Of a stretch of DNA of 30,170 bases, positions 10,239 through 19,131 are shown one piece after another; the first letter of the stretch is position 1, and every line of letters starts with the position of its first letter. The stretch is from a virus (Duplodnaviria; Heunggongvirae; Uroviricota; Caudoviricetes), in IMG/VR virus record IMGVR_UViG_2541047794_000005, positions 1 through 30,170 of that record. One strand, 5' to 3'. The notes beneath the pieces were generated by a model that did no database searches, was not told the origin of the DNA, and worked only from the letters and a program-made list of their open reading frames with translations. The position numbers and the translations under genes are program-made.

Positions 10239-10612
10239 GCTGCTACCTGTTGCGCCATCTGATTACGGGTGATCCAGAAGGCAATAACGGTCAGTAGATA
10301 AAAGACCAGGGTAATAGCCCACCCCGTCCATGCGAGACTTACAACAATCAGCAATCGCATCACCCAACTGATAAATACGTTTTCTTTTCGGGTAATTGTC
10401 TTCAGCAAAGATGCCCTTAACTCCTGCCAGAGCGGGCCATTCTGAATTAACGCAGCCAGTGCTACCGGAATTACCGCCCATGTCAGCAAACAGGCTACCC
10501 AAACGCCGGACGCTGCCAGTACCGGAAAGATCCCCTGCGGATACACCATTGCTGCGATTAACAGCGCCATCCATAACATCAGAAACAGTCCGCTGATTAA
10601 TTTCTTTTTCAT
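10235..10612 (-). CDS. lysA: LysA, lysis-timing membrane protein (125 aa from ATG 10612)
   Basis: Polytopic membrane protein. The internal ATG at 10612 abuts the K stop (10614-10616). Confidence 0.7.
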   Translation of the reverse strand: MKKKLISGLFLMLWMALLIAAMVYPQGIFPVLAASGVWVACLLTWAVIPVALAALIQNGPLWQELRASLLKTITRKENVFISWVMRLLIVVSLAWTGWAITLVFYLLTVIAFWITRNQMAQQVAA

Positions 10613-10613
10613 T

Positions 10614-11126
10614 TCAGTTTGCTCCCTGTAAACACCAGGCCATCTCCCGCGCACGGCGGTTATCCAGCCCCTGATTAAACACACCTTTTACATAAACCCA
10701 GCGCGGCAACTGTCGGCACCCATCCGCCCAGCGCCGCTGATTGAGCAATTTCACCAGCGTGGAACTACAGGCATTGCCCGTCCCCACGTTGAAGGCAAAC
10801 GACACCGTAGCGTCATACACCTTCTGTGGTGGCTGTTGCTTCACACACCTTTCCAGTGCCCGCTCCACACGCAGCACGTTGGAGATCAGCCCTTCTGCTG
10901 CCTGTCGTTCCGTGATTGTTTTGCCGGGAATGACGCCCGATGTATTACCAATGCCGTCGGTCCAGACACCCGCGCTGCACTGATACGGCTGCAGACGACA
11001 GCCTTCGTAATCGGCAATCAGTTTCAGTCCCTCCACGGAGGTGTGAAGCTGCTGAAAACCCGGCAGCGTGGCAGCAATAGCCAGCACGACCCCGACAAGG
11101 CAGCGTTTAACGACTGATGGATTCAT
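10614..11126 (-). CDS. K: Endolysin (lysozyme family, 170 aa)
   Basis: Size and position match P2 K. Confidence 0.85.
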   Translation of the reverse strand: MNPSVVKRCLVGVVLAIAATLPGFQQLHTSVEGLKLIADYEGCRLQPYQCSAGVWTDGIGNTSGVIPGKTITERQAAEGLISNVLRVERALERCVKQQPPQKVYDATVSFAFNVGTGNACSSTLVKLLNQRRWADGCRQLPRWVYVKGVFNQGLDNRRAREMAWCLQGAN

Positions 11127-11322
11127 AGTCCTCCCGCGAGATCTGCCCGTCGCGCAGAAGCTGGTAGGCTTTGTGTTTGTAGTACCAGTTGATAGCCAGC
11201 ATCAGCACACCAATCATCAGGCCGCCCAGCGTTGAGGCATCCTTGATGGACAAATCGCCCAGCCAGGCCAGCACGACGGCGATGCAATACGTGATAAAGG
11301 CGCTGATTCGCTCAAGCGTCAT
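11107..11322 (-). CDS. Y: Holin (71 aa, two transmembrane helices)
   Basis: Small two-helix membrane protein immediately upstream of the endolysin. Confidence 0.75.
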   Translation of the reverse strand: MTLERISAFITYCIAVVLAWLGDLSIKDASTLGGLMIGVLMLAINWYYKHKAYQLLRDGQISREDYESISR

Positions 11323-11325
11323 AAT

Positions 11326-11529
11326 TCAGTCCCATAGCTGGACGGTCTGCACGGTGGTGGTTGTCGGAATGTCCGGCAGCTCCACCTGCAGCCCGTGAGG
11401 TAAAAAGGGGCCGTATTCGGCAAGCCCCGGATTTGCCTTCAGTACCTGCTCCGTGACACCCTGCGTGCGCCCGTAATGACGCCAGCAAAGCGCGTCCACC
11501 GTGTCATACTGATGCGCACGCACTTTCAT
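11326..11529 (-). CDS. X: Tail protein gpX (67 aa)
   Basis: Same size and position as P2 X. Confidence 0.75.
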   Translation of the reverse strand: MKVRAHQYDTVDALCWRHYGRTQGVTEQVLKANPGLAEYGPFLPHGLQVELPDIPTTTTVQTVQLWD

Positions 11530-12056
11530 CAGATAAGCTCCACTGTGCAGTGCGGCGCATCCTGTACCCGGCTGATGGCCCAGCGGGCGTCACGCCACAA
11601 ATCACCGCTTGCTTCCGCCTGTTCCTCGCCCCGCTTCACACCGGACGCCGTGGCGTCATAGTCCTGATAACGCTCATTGAGCATGGCGCGTGCCCAGCAG
11701 TAAACCGCGTTGAAATAGTGATGAATGCGCTCACTTTTGCCGTCCAGCTGTTCCGCCGGAACCTCAGCCAGCGACGCATACCCCAGCATCTGCTGACGTC
11801 TGCGAAACTCATACAGCTCTGCGTTGACCTCCGAAATTGCCGACAGCGCAACCTGCTTTAAACGCGGCTGCGTCACCGTGCCGTCAGTGCGCATGACACT
11901 GCGAAACTCCGACAAGTCCACATCAGGCCAGAACGGCGTATTTCTGATGATTTCCGCCTGTTCCGATGCCTGTTCTGGCGCAACAAACTTCATGCTGCTT
12001 TCTCCTGAAATAAAGGGCGGTGGACGGGGTTTTGATGTGGCTGTGCCTTTCGCCAC
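11529..12056 (-). CDS. L: Capsid completion protein gpL (175 aa)
   Basis: Synteny and size. Confidence 0.8.
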   Translation of the reverse strand: MAKGTATSKPRPPPFISGESSMKFVAPEQASEQAEIIRNTPFWPDVDLSEFRSVMRTDGTVTQPRLKQVALSAISEVNAELYEFRRRQQMLGYASLAEVPAEQLDGKSERIHHYFNAVYCWARAMLNERYQDYDATASGVKRGEEQAEASGDLWRDARWAISRVQDAPHCTVELI

Positions 12057-12088
12057 CCCGTGCCGCCCGTGCGCGGGGGCACGTTCTG

Positions 12089-12739
12089 TCAGCGGCTGTC
12101 ATTGCGCAGTCTGCGCTCCAGCTGCTGTTTGTCTTTTTTCACGCCACAGCGGGGATCGAGCTGTAACGCATGGTTGAGATGATTAAGGGCGGAAGCCGGA
12201 TTGCTTTCACTCAGGACAGCGCCAATCGCTTTATGCAGACGCGCCCGTGACTGGTCCGGCATATCCAGACCGTCTGTCAGCTCCAGCGTCTGCAGCAACA
12301 GATCGGCATCAAAGCCGGTGGCGGCAAGCATTGCGCTCTGCGCTGCATCTGCCATTTCCTCTGCCAGCACGGTCTGCACGTTGCGGTTACCCAGCGGCAT
12401 CACCCAGCCATGACGCAGGGCATGACGCCCAATCTCCAGCGCCCCGGCATAATCTCCGGCATCAATGCGCCACAGCATCACGTACATCAGCACGTCATCC
12501 TGTTGAGCGCCTCCGGCAGCCAGGACGCCCTCCGCCCAGGCGGCATATTTCGGCAGCAGCTCCACCTTGATTTCCGCTTTTTTCACCGTGGACTGAACGC
12601 CCTTGAGACGGCGGCGGTCTTCCGCCAGTTGCAGCAGCATCAGGTCATAGCCCGACGCGTGGCGAACACTGCCGCCCTCACGGGCGGCCTGTTCAGCCTG
12701 AACGCGCAGGCGATGCTGCCGTGCGGGACTCAGGCTCAT
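12089..12739 (-). CDS. M: Terminase endonuclease (small) subunit gpM (216 aa)
   Basis: Synteny. Confidence 0.8.
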   Translation of the reverse strand: MSLSPARQHRLRVQAEQAAREGGSVRHASGYDLMLLQLAEDRRRLKGVQSTVKKAEIKVELLPKYAAWAEGVLAAGGAQQDDVLMYVMLWRIDAGDYAGALEIGRHALRHGWVMPLGNRNVQTVLAEEMADAAQSAMLAATGFDADLLLQTLELTDGLDMPDQSRARLHKAIGAVLSESNPASALNHLNHALQLDPRCGVKKDKQQLERRLRNDSR

Positions 12740-12742
12740 GGT

Positions 12743-13798
12743 TTATGCTCCGGCTTCTACGGCGACGCTGAAGTCGCCAATCTGGATGTTTTCCACCAGT
12801 GCTGCGCAGCGGTAGTCCTCAACCACATAGGCTTCGTTAACGGATTCAAAGTTTTCAATCCGGTCACGTTTCGGGTTGTCGATAACTGAACGGCGGCGGG
12901 TGTCTTCCTGCCAGTAGATGGACAGGTTATCCAGACGGGTGATCAGCAGCGCATTCGGCGGGAAGAACGGCGCACGCACGGCCTGCAGGCCACCCATGCG
13001 TTTCTGGCTGATGATCATATCGGCAGCCAGTTTTTCACTGTTTTCCTGCTCTTTGTTGACCAGCGGGAAATACTTATCAGACAACAGTTCACGACCGCAA
13101 ATCACCACCAGATCGTCATCGTCCTGGTAGACCACGTCGATAAGCTCATTGACCGCATCCATCACCACGGCGTCCAGGTTGGCATATTCGCCACCTTTAC
13201 CGACTTTCACCGCGCCCGGTGTGGTTTCACCGCCCGTGGTGGTGCTGCCCATGACGTGATCCGGTGCATCCTCACGGATTTTCTGTAGCCAGCCTTTATT
13301 CACATCCTGCAGCAGCGGGTTTTCGCTGCGGTTGGAGGTTTTCGCACGCTTCACGCCGTTAAAGCCGATCATGATGCGGTCCAGTGCCTGACGTTTCACG
13401 ATGGCGTCACGGATACGCACCTGGAAATCCTGAAACTTCGCCCACAGGTCCAGCTTCGCGTAGGTCAGCACCGTGTCAAAGTTGGTCTGCTCGCATTTAT
13501 ATTCCACATCGACCATCAGCGTCGGATCGACAGGCTCACGCTCTTTTGCGGTGGTATCAGTGGTTCCGGCAATGGTGCTGCCAACACCCAGCCCCAGCAA
13601 CTGACCAGACTGCTCAGTCACTGGCGTGACGTTAATCAGCGTCAGGAATGCGGCGGACTGCTGGATCTGGTCTTCCAGCGTCTGCTGCACAGACGGCTCT
13701 ACAGTAAACTTGCTGGACAGTTCTTCAACTGCCACACCGTTCAGACGCGCCAGCTGCTGCAGGTAAGCGTTAAAAGCAAAGCGGGTATTCTTCTTCAT
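12743..13798 (-). CDS. N: Major capsid protein gpN (351 aa)
   Basis: Size and sequence match P2 N. Confidence 0.9.
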   Translation of the reverse strand: MKKNTRFAFNAYLQQLARLNGVAVEELSSKFTVEPSVQQTLEDQIQQSAAFLTLINVTPVTEQSGQLLGLGVGSTIAGTTDTTAKEREPVDPTLMVDVEYKCEQTNFDTVLTYAKLDLWAKFQDFQVRIRDAIVKRQALDRIMIGFNGVKRAKTSNRSENPLLQDVNKGWLQKIREDAPDHVMGSTTTGGETTPGAVKVGKGGEYANLDAVVMDAVNELIDVVYQDDDDLVVICGRELLSDKYFPLVNKEQENSEKLAADMIISQKRMGGLQAVRAPFFPPNALLITRLDNLSIYWQEDTRRRSVIDNPKRDRIENFESVNEAYVVEDYRCAALVENIQIGDFSVAVEAGA

Positions 13799-13814
13799 CA
13801 GGTTTTGTGCTCCA

Positions 13815-14648
13815 TCAGCAATTGGTCAGAGTGTCAGCGGGGGCGTTACCGCCTGTTGCACGCTGGCGGTAGTCCTGGCGGCTGTCTTCATGGCTCAGCT
13901 TGTCCACCAGTTCGTTAAAGGCGGTCTGCTGTGCCTGCAGAGCAATCTCCAGCTCAGACAGGCGTTCTTCCTGCTCAGACAGGGATTTTTCGGTGCGTGC
14001 GCTCAGGTTCTGCTGCTCAGTGGCGACCAGCTCCACGGCCTTATGCACATCAGAGAATCGGGCGTCATCGGACTGCTCTTTTTTGGTGAACAGCGCCGTG
14101 ACACGGGCAAACAGGGACGGTTTGTCATCCTGGATTTCTTCCAGTTCGATCACCGTTTCCTCTGCAGCGGTAAAGAGATTGGCAGGATTCTGCTTGCGGT
14201 TTGCCAGCGGGTTATGGGCCGCACTGGCGCTGAATGTCAGCATTTCAGTGCCCAGACTGGCAGGGTCATCAGTGGCAGCCAGGCCGACCAGGTAGGCTTT
14301 GCCCGTATCAGCAAACTTCGGGCTGACTTCCATAGAGGTGAATAATTTCTGGCCTTTTTTCACCAGCTCCACCAGGGATTCCGTTGGCTCAACGTCGGCA
14401 TACAGCGCCATCTTGCCCGCCAGCGGACCTTCCGTGATTTCTTCAGCAAACAGCGCCGTCACCTTGCCGTAGCGGTTAAAGGTGCTGTCCGGCAGATAAG
14501 ACTTGATGTGCTCAAGGTTAATCAGAGCGGTATACACCGCCGGGTTGTAGCTGGCTGCCATCTGTTCCAGCCATTCACGCTGGATTTCGCGTCCGTCGGT
14601 GGTGGCACCTTCCACCCCGATGCGAAAACGCTTTGCTTTCACTGTCAT
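13815..14648 (-). CDS. O: Capsid scaffolding protein gpO (277 aa)
   Basis: Synteny. Acidic, coiled-coil C-terminal half. Confidence 0.85.
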   Translation of the reverse strand: MTVKAKRFRIGVEGATTDGREIQREWLEQMAASYNPAVYTALINLEHIKSYLPDSTFNRYGKVTALFAEEITEGPLAGKMALYADVEPTESLVELVKKGQKLFTSMEVSPKFADTGKAYLVGLAATDDPASLGTEMLTFSASAAHNPLANRKQNPANLFTAAEETVIELEEIQDDKPSLFARVTALFTKKEQSDDARFSDVHKAVELVATEQQNLSARTEKSLSEQEERLSELEIALQAQQTAFNELVDKLSHEDSRQDYRQRATGGNAPADTLTNC

Positions 14649-14726
14649 GAGCCGTGCTCCGTTAGAAAAAACTTACTGGAGCCTTATGGTTGCGGTGATG
14701 GGGGCAGTGAAACAATGCGCGGTATT

Positions 14727-14744
14727 TGTACCGACAACCACACA
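14727..14744. promoter_or_regulatory. Candidate late-promoter activator site (TGT-N12-ACA) in the divergent O/P control region
   Basis: TTGTACCGACAACCACACAAA, centred about 87 bp upstream of the O ATG and about 55 bp upstream of the P ATG. It is 16/21 identical to the site upstream of FI. Confidence 0.45.
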
Positions 14745-14790
14745 AACCGCAGGCGGGGAAAGCCTTCATTCAAGGCTGTAGGTTTGTGCC

Positions 14791-16557
14791 ATGAACACCA
14801 CACTGACACCCGCAGATCTCGATCCCCGTCGGCAGGCCATGCTGCTGTACTTTCAGGGATACCGTGTAGCCCGCATTGCTGAAATGCTGGGCGAGAAAGT
14901 TGCAACCGTTCACAGCTGGAAAAAACGCGACAAGTGGGGTGACTATGGGCCGCTGGATCAGATGCAGCTCACCACCGCCGCACGCTACTGCCAGCTCATT
15001 ATGAAGGAGCACAAAGAAGGGAAAGATTTCAAAGAGATTGACCTGCTGGCGCGCCAGTCGGAGCGCCATGCGCGGATCGGCAAGTTTAACAATGGCGGCA
15101 ACGAAGCCGACTTAAACCCTAACGTCGCCAACCGCAACAAAGGCCCGCGCCGTCAGCCGGAAAAGAACGTTTTCACCGATGAACAGATTGAGAAGCTGGA
15201 AGAAATCTTCCATTCCTCCATGTTCAACTACCAGCGCCACTGGTGGGAAGCCGGAAAAACCAACCGCATCCGCAACCTGCTGAAGTCACGCCAGATCGGC
15301 GCGACCTTCTATTTTGCCCGTGAAGCCCTGATTGACGCCCTGCTAACCGGGCGTAACCAGATTTTCCTTTCCGCCAGCAAGGCTCAGGCCCACGTCTTCA
15401 AGCAGTACATCATCGACTTCGCCAAAGAAGTGGAGGTGGAGCTGAAAGGCGATCCGATGGTGCTTCCTAACGGGGCCACGCTGTACTTCCTCGGCACCAA
15501 TGCCCGCACGGCCCAGAGTTACCACGGCAACCTGTATCTGGATGAATATTTCTGGATACCGAAATTCCAGGAGCTGCGCAAAGTGGCTTCCGGTATGGCT
15601 ATTCACAAAAAATGGCGACAAACCTATTTTTCCACGCCATCCAGCCTGACACACAGTGCTTATCCGTTCTGGTCCGGTGCGCTGTTCAACCGAGGGCGCA
15701 ACAAAGCCGATAAGGTGGACATCGACCTGTCCCACAGCAATCTGGCCCCCGGCCTGCTGTGCGCAGACGGGCAGTACCGCCAGATAGTCACTGTGGAAGA
15801 TGCGGTGCGCGGCGGCTGTAACCTGTTCGACCTCGACCAGTTGCGCATGGAGTACAGCCCGGACGAATACCAGAACCTGCTGATGTGTGAGTTCGTGGAC
15901 GATCTCGCGTCCGTGTTCCCGCTCAGCGAGCTGCAGGCGTGCATGGTGGACAGCTGGGAAGTCTGGACCGACTTTCATGCACTGGCGCTGCGCCCGTTTG
16001 GCTGGCGCGAAGTGTGGATCGGTTATGACCCGGCAAAAGGTACGCAAAACGGCGACAGCGCCGGATGCGTGGTGGTGGCTCCGCCAGCCGTGCCGGGCGG
16101 CAAGTTCCGCATTCTTGAGCGTCACCAGTGGCGCGGAATGGACTTTCGCGCCCAGGCTGACGCCATCAAAAAACTGACCGAACAGTATAACGTGACCTAT
16201 ATCGGCATCGACTCGACCGGCGTCGGTCACGGGGTTTACGAGAACGTGAAAGCGTTTTTTCCTGCCGTCCGGGAGTTTGTCTACAACCCCAACGTTAAAA
16301 ACGCCCTGGTACTCAAGGCCTACGACATTATCAGCCACCGCCGCCTGGAGTTTGACGCCGGGCACACCGACATTGCGCAGTCATTTATGGCAATCCGTCG
16401 CGCTACCACTGCCAGTGGCAACCGCCCGACCTATGAAGCCAGCCGCAGCGAAGAAGCCAGCCATGCCGATCTGGCCTGGGCAACAATGCACGCACTGTTT
16501 AACGAACCGCTGCAGGGCGAGTCCGCCAATACCAGCAATATTGTGGAGATTTTTTGA
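14791..16557 (+). CDS. P: Terminase large (ATPase) subunit gpP (588 aa)
   Basis: Size matches P2 P. Divergent from O and followed by Q with ATGA overlap. Confidence 0.9.
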   Translation: MNTTLTPADLDPRRQAMLLYFQGYRVARIAEMLGEKVATVHSWKKRDKWGDYGPLDQMQLTTAARYCQLIMKEHKEGKDFKEIDLLARQSERHARIGKFNNGGNEADLNPNVANRNKGPRRQPEKNVFTDEQIEKLEEIFHSSMFNYQRHWWEAGKTNRIRNLLKSRQIGATFYFAREALIDALLTGRNQIFLSASKAQAHVFKQYIIDFAKEVEVELKGDPMVLPNGATLYFLGTNARTAQSYHGNLYLDEYFWIPKFQELRKVASGMAIHKKWRQTYFSTPSSLTHSAYPFWSGALFNRGRNKADKVDIDLSHSNLAPGLLCADGQYRQIVTVEDAVRGGCNLFDLDQLRMEYSPDEYQNLLMCEFVDDLASVFPLSELQACMVDSWEVWTDFHALALRPFGWREVWIGYDPAKGTQNGDSAGCVVVAPPAVPGGKFRILERHQWRGMDFRAQADAIKKLTEQYNVTYIGIDSTGVGHGVYENVKAFFPAVREFVYNPNVKNALVLKAYDIISHRRLEFDAGHTDIAQSFMAIRRATTASGNRPTYEASRSEEASHADLAWATMHALFNEPLQGESANTSNIVEIF

Positions 16558-17591
16558 TGGGAAAGAGTAAGAAGAACCGCGCTGCGTCGACGAAACAGAT
16601 CCAGCATAAAAGCCAGACTTCAGCCGAAGCATTCAGCTTCGGTGATCCCGTTCCTGTTCTGGACCGCCGCGAACTGCTGGACTATGTGGAATGCGTACAG
16701 ATGGATCGCTGGTATGAGCCACCAGTGAGTTTCGACGGACTGGCGCGAACCTTCCGCGCCGCCATACATCATAGCTCACCGATTGCAGTGAAGTGCAACA
16801 TTCTGACCAGCACCTACATCCCTCACCCGCTGCTCAGCCAGCAGGCTTTTTCGCGTTTTGTACAGGACTTTCTGGTTTTTGGTAACGCCTACCTGGAGAA
16901 ACGCACGAACCGCTTCGGTGAAGTTATAGCCCTTGAGCCTGCTCTGGCAAAATACACCCGACGCGGGTTAGACCTGGATACCTACTGGTTTGTGCAATAC
17001 GGTATGACAACCCAGCCGTATCAGTTCACGAAAGGCAGCATTTTTCATCTGATGGAGCCGGACATCAACCAGGAGATCTACGGCCTGCCCGGTTATCTTT
17101 CTGCCATTCCGTCAGCCCTGCTCAACGAGTCCGCCACGCTGTTCCGCCGGAAGTATTACATTAACGGCAGCCATGCGGGCTTCATCATGTACATGACCGA
17201 CGCCGCGCAGAACCAGGAGGATGTGAACAACCTCCGCAACGCAATGAAAAGTGCCAAAGGTCCTGGTAACTTCCGTAACCTGTTTATGTACTCGCCTAAC
17301 GGCAAAAAGGATGGGCTTCAGATTATCCCGTTGTCAGAAGTGGCGGCGAAGGATGAGTTCCTGAATATCAAGAACGTGAGCCGGGACGACATGATGGCGG
17401 CGCATCGTGTGCCGCCGCAAATGATGGGTATCATTCCCAACAATACCGGCGGTTTTGGGGATGTGGAAAAGGCCAGTCGCGTCTTCACAAGAAACGAAAT
17501 AGTACCGTTACAAAAGCGATTGCTGGAGCTAAATGAATGGCTTGGTGAAGAGGTAGTCCGATTCAATCCATATGAGCTTAATACTGACTAG
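16554..17591 (+). CDS. Q: Portal protein gpQ (345 aa)
   Basis: Size and position match P2 Q. Last gene before the cos-proximal end. Confidence 0.9.
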   Translation: MMGKSKKNRAASTKQIQHKSQTSAEAFSFGDPVPVLDRRELLDYVECVQMDRWYEPPVSFDGLARTFRAAIHHSSPIAVKCNILTSTYIPHPLLSQQAFSRFVQDFLVFGNAYLEKRTNRFGEVIALEPALAKYTRRGLDLDTYWFVQYGMTTQPYQFTKGSIFHLMEPDINQEIYGLPGYLSAIPSALLNESATLFRRKYYINGSHAGFIMYMTDAAQNQEDVNNLRNAMKSAKGPGNFRNLFMYSPNGKKDGLQIIPLSEVAAKDEFLNIKNVSRDDMMAAHRVPPQMMGIIPNNTGGFGDVEKASRVFTRNEIVPLQKRLLELNEWLGEEVVRFNPYELNTD

Positions 17592-17597
17592 CAAGCA

Positions 17598-17623
17598 TAA
17601 AAAAGCCCGGTATTACCGGGCTT
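17598..17623 (-). terminator. Intrinsic terminator hairpin (8-bp GC stem, 5-nt loop), T-run on the minus strand
   Basis: AAGCCCGG-TATTA-CCGGGCTT. On the minus strand it is followed by TTTTT, so it likely terminates the 59-aa gene transcript. The A-tract on the plus side may give weak bidirectional function for Q. Confidence 0.55.
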
Positions 17624-17646
17624 CATGCAAAACGCATTTCATGGAA

Positions 17647-17826
17647 TTAAGCAGCTTTCTGCTTTTCTTTGAGCTTACCATGCAGCTCATTTCCTTCAAA
17701 TTTGCAGTCCTGCATCATATGTGGGGCCGCTTGAAGTAGTTCTTCCATCGCGACGCCCATACGGCTGAAAACATCAGATACTGAGTAATGCTTCTGAGCT
17801 TTCTTGTCACTATGCGTCATAGTCAT
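17647..17826 (-). CDS. Small hypothetical protein (59 aa, MTMTHSDKKAQKHY...), below the ORF-track size cutoff
   Basis: Hand-read ORF with a strong RBS (GAGGAAATC-ATG), a TAA stop, and a terminator about 25 bp downstream. Confidence 0.5.
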   Translation of the reverse strand: MTMTHSDKKAQKHYSVSDVFSRMGVAMEELLQAAPHMMQDCKFEGNELHGKLKEKQKAA

Positions 17827-17905
17827 GATTTCCTCTTAGAGGTCAAGCCTCATCATCCGGTAGTGGATGTTTGGCGCAGCATTGTAGCACTGCGCAAAAA
17901 TTTAT

Positions 17906-18505
17906 CTACTGTTTCTTAGAAGTAATGTAGCGTCTTACTACATCAGTTATTGTAGCAAAAGGTGCCGAAAGCAAGCTTATATCACCTTTAAAACCAAATT
18001 TTTTATAGTGGTCAGCAACTTTTTGATTCAGGGCTTCAGGGATCCGAATCTCTTGACACCCAACCGCGCTACCAAAAAGATATACCGCCCACAATGTAAC
18101 CATGAACATGTTGCCGTAAAGAGGGTGCTCTACGTCATCATCTTTCACAAAAGATTCCACAAAATGGATCTCTATGACTCCAGCGTCCTCGTCAAAGGTG
18201 CACATAGCTGCGCCAGAAGGGATATGCCTAAGTGGCCCCGCAAGGAGCTTCAAACAAAATTCAAACTTATCACTTCGATTGCCAAACCGAGAAAAACCAT
18301 AATCCCATTCTAGCTGAGCGTATCCTGTGGTCAGGATCACATAGTCTTCATCACTGATTGGACCAACAGCCAACGGCATCTTCAAAGTATCGAGGAGAAA
18401 CTGAAGGTTACTTATACTTTGACTGGCAATCTGCTCTAAGTTCAATTCTCTGTCCTTCATGCTTACGACATTAAAGGCGACTACTTTAATGTCATTTTCG
18501 GACAA
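17906..18505 (-). CDS. Hypothetical protein (199 aa), AT-rich accessory gene between cos and Q
   Basis: ORF from the track with a TTG start at 18505 (an in-frame ATG lies at 18460). No recognised family; the C-terminal HYKKFGFKG is weakly reminiscent of a GNAT motif. Confidence 0.55.
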   Translation of the reverse strand: MSENDIKVVAFNVVSMKDRELNLEQIASQSISNLQFLLDTLKMPLAVGPISDEDYVILTTGYAQLEWDYGFSRFGNRSDKFEFCLKLLAGPLRHIPSGAAMCTFDEDAGVIEIHFVESFVKDDDVEHPLYGNMFMVTLWAVYLFGSAVGCQEIRIPEALNQKVADHYKKFGFKGDISLLSAPFATITDVVRRYITSKKQ

Positions 18506-18732
18506 AGACTATAAATCTTTAATGAAACAATAGCAGAACCTTTTAAAGGTTTGCTACCTATCACTGCAACTTGTGACAGAACACTAAATCTACAGCCAAC
18601 TCCGGAACACATTCAACATTTATTTAAATCCCTTCAAACAAGATTGCACAAAAACGCGCCCTCCCTTTCAGAAGAAAACCATCAGCGGGCCTGAGGCTAA
18701 GTGAATTTTACTATTTCAACCCGCGGCGTGCG

Positions 18733-18751
18733 CTCGTATCCCCGCCACGCC
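18733..18751 (-). other. Candidate cos cohesive-end site
   Basis: Minus strand reads GGCGTGGCGGGGATACGAG. The first 13 nt match the P2/186 cohesive-end sequences as I recall them, and orientation and location fit the P2-family map. Confidence 0.45.
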
Positions 18752-18800
18752 TGCCCGCTTTATGTAGTGGTTTTCATGCACCTGCATGACATGAGCAAAA

Positions 18801-18820
18801 GCCCGCCAGTTCTGGCGGGC
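18801..18820 (-). terminator. GC-rich hairpin, putative terminator of the kinase operon beside cos
   Basis: GCCCGCCAG/CTGGCGGGC stem. On the minus strand it is followed by TTTTGC. Confidence 0.4.
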
Positions 18821-19131
18821 CTTAACAAAAACGAGCCTCAAACGTTCATGCAAACTCATGCAGCATATACATACACTACATCAACAGCATCCATTGCTAT
18901 CATTTCCAGTTCGCTTCCTACAACATCATTGCGAATAGTTATGTTACCAAGCGGCTTTTTCATACCTTTTCGGCATGACACTTCAGACGCACCAATACTG
19001 ACGTGTAATGCTTCCCCCGCAACGTCAACCCACTTAATGGTAATTTAATGTAGTTGCATGAGACGAAAAAATCTCCATAGTTGACAGACTCTATGAATGC
19101 AGCATCACTAGCAAGCATGAATAAACATGCA

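Noticed and set aside
14785-14802. TGT-N12-ACA dyad as a separate late-promoter feature
   Set aside because: It overlaps the annotated P start codon, and this motif is expected by chance several times in 30 kb. It is kept only as a remark under the O/P control-region finding.
15343-16365. 340-aa ORF on the minus strand
   Set aside because: It lies entirely antisense inside the terminase large-subunit gene P. Its composition is Ala/Arg/Val/His/Gln-rich as expected for a GC-rich antisense frame, and it has no start context.
18701-19048. 115-aa plus-strand ORF in the cos region
   Set aside because: No RBS, and the translation is low-complexity (Ser/Thr-rich). It overlaps the candidate cos site and the hairpin, so it is probably non-coding.
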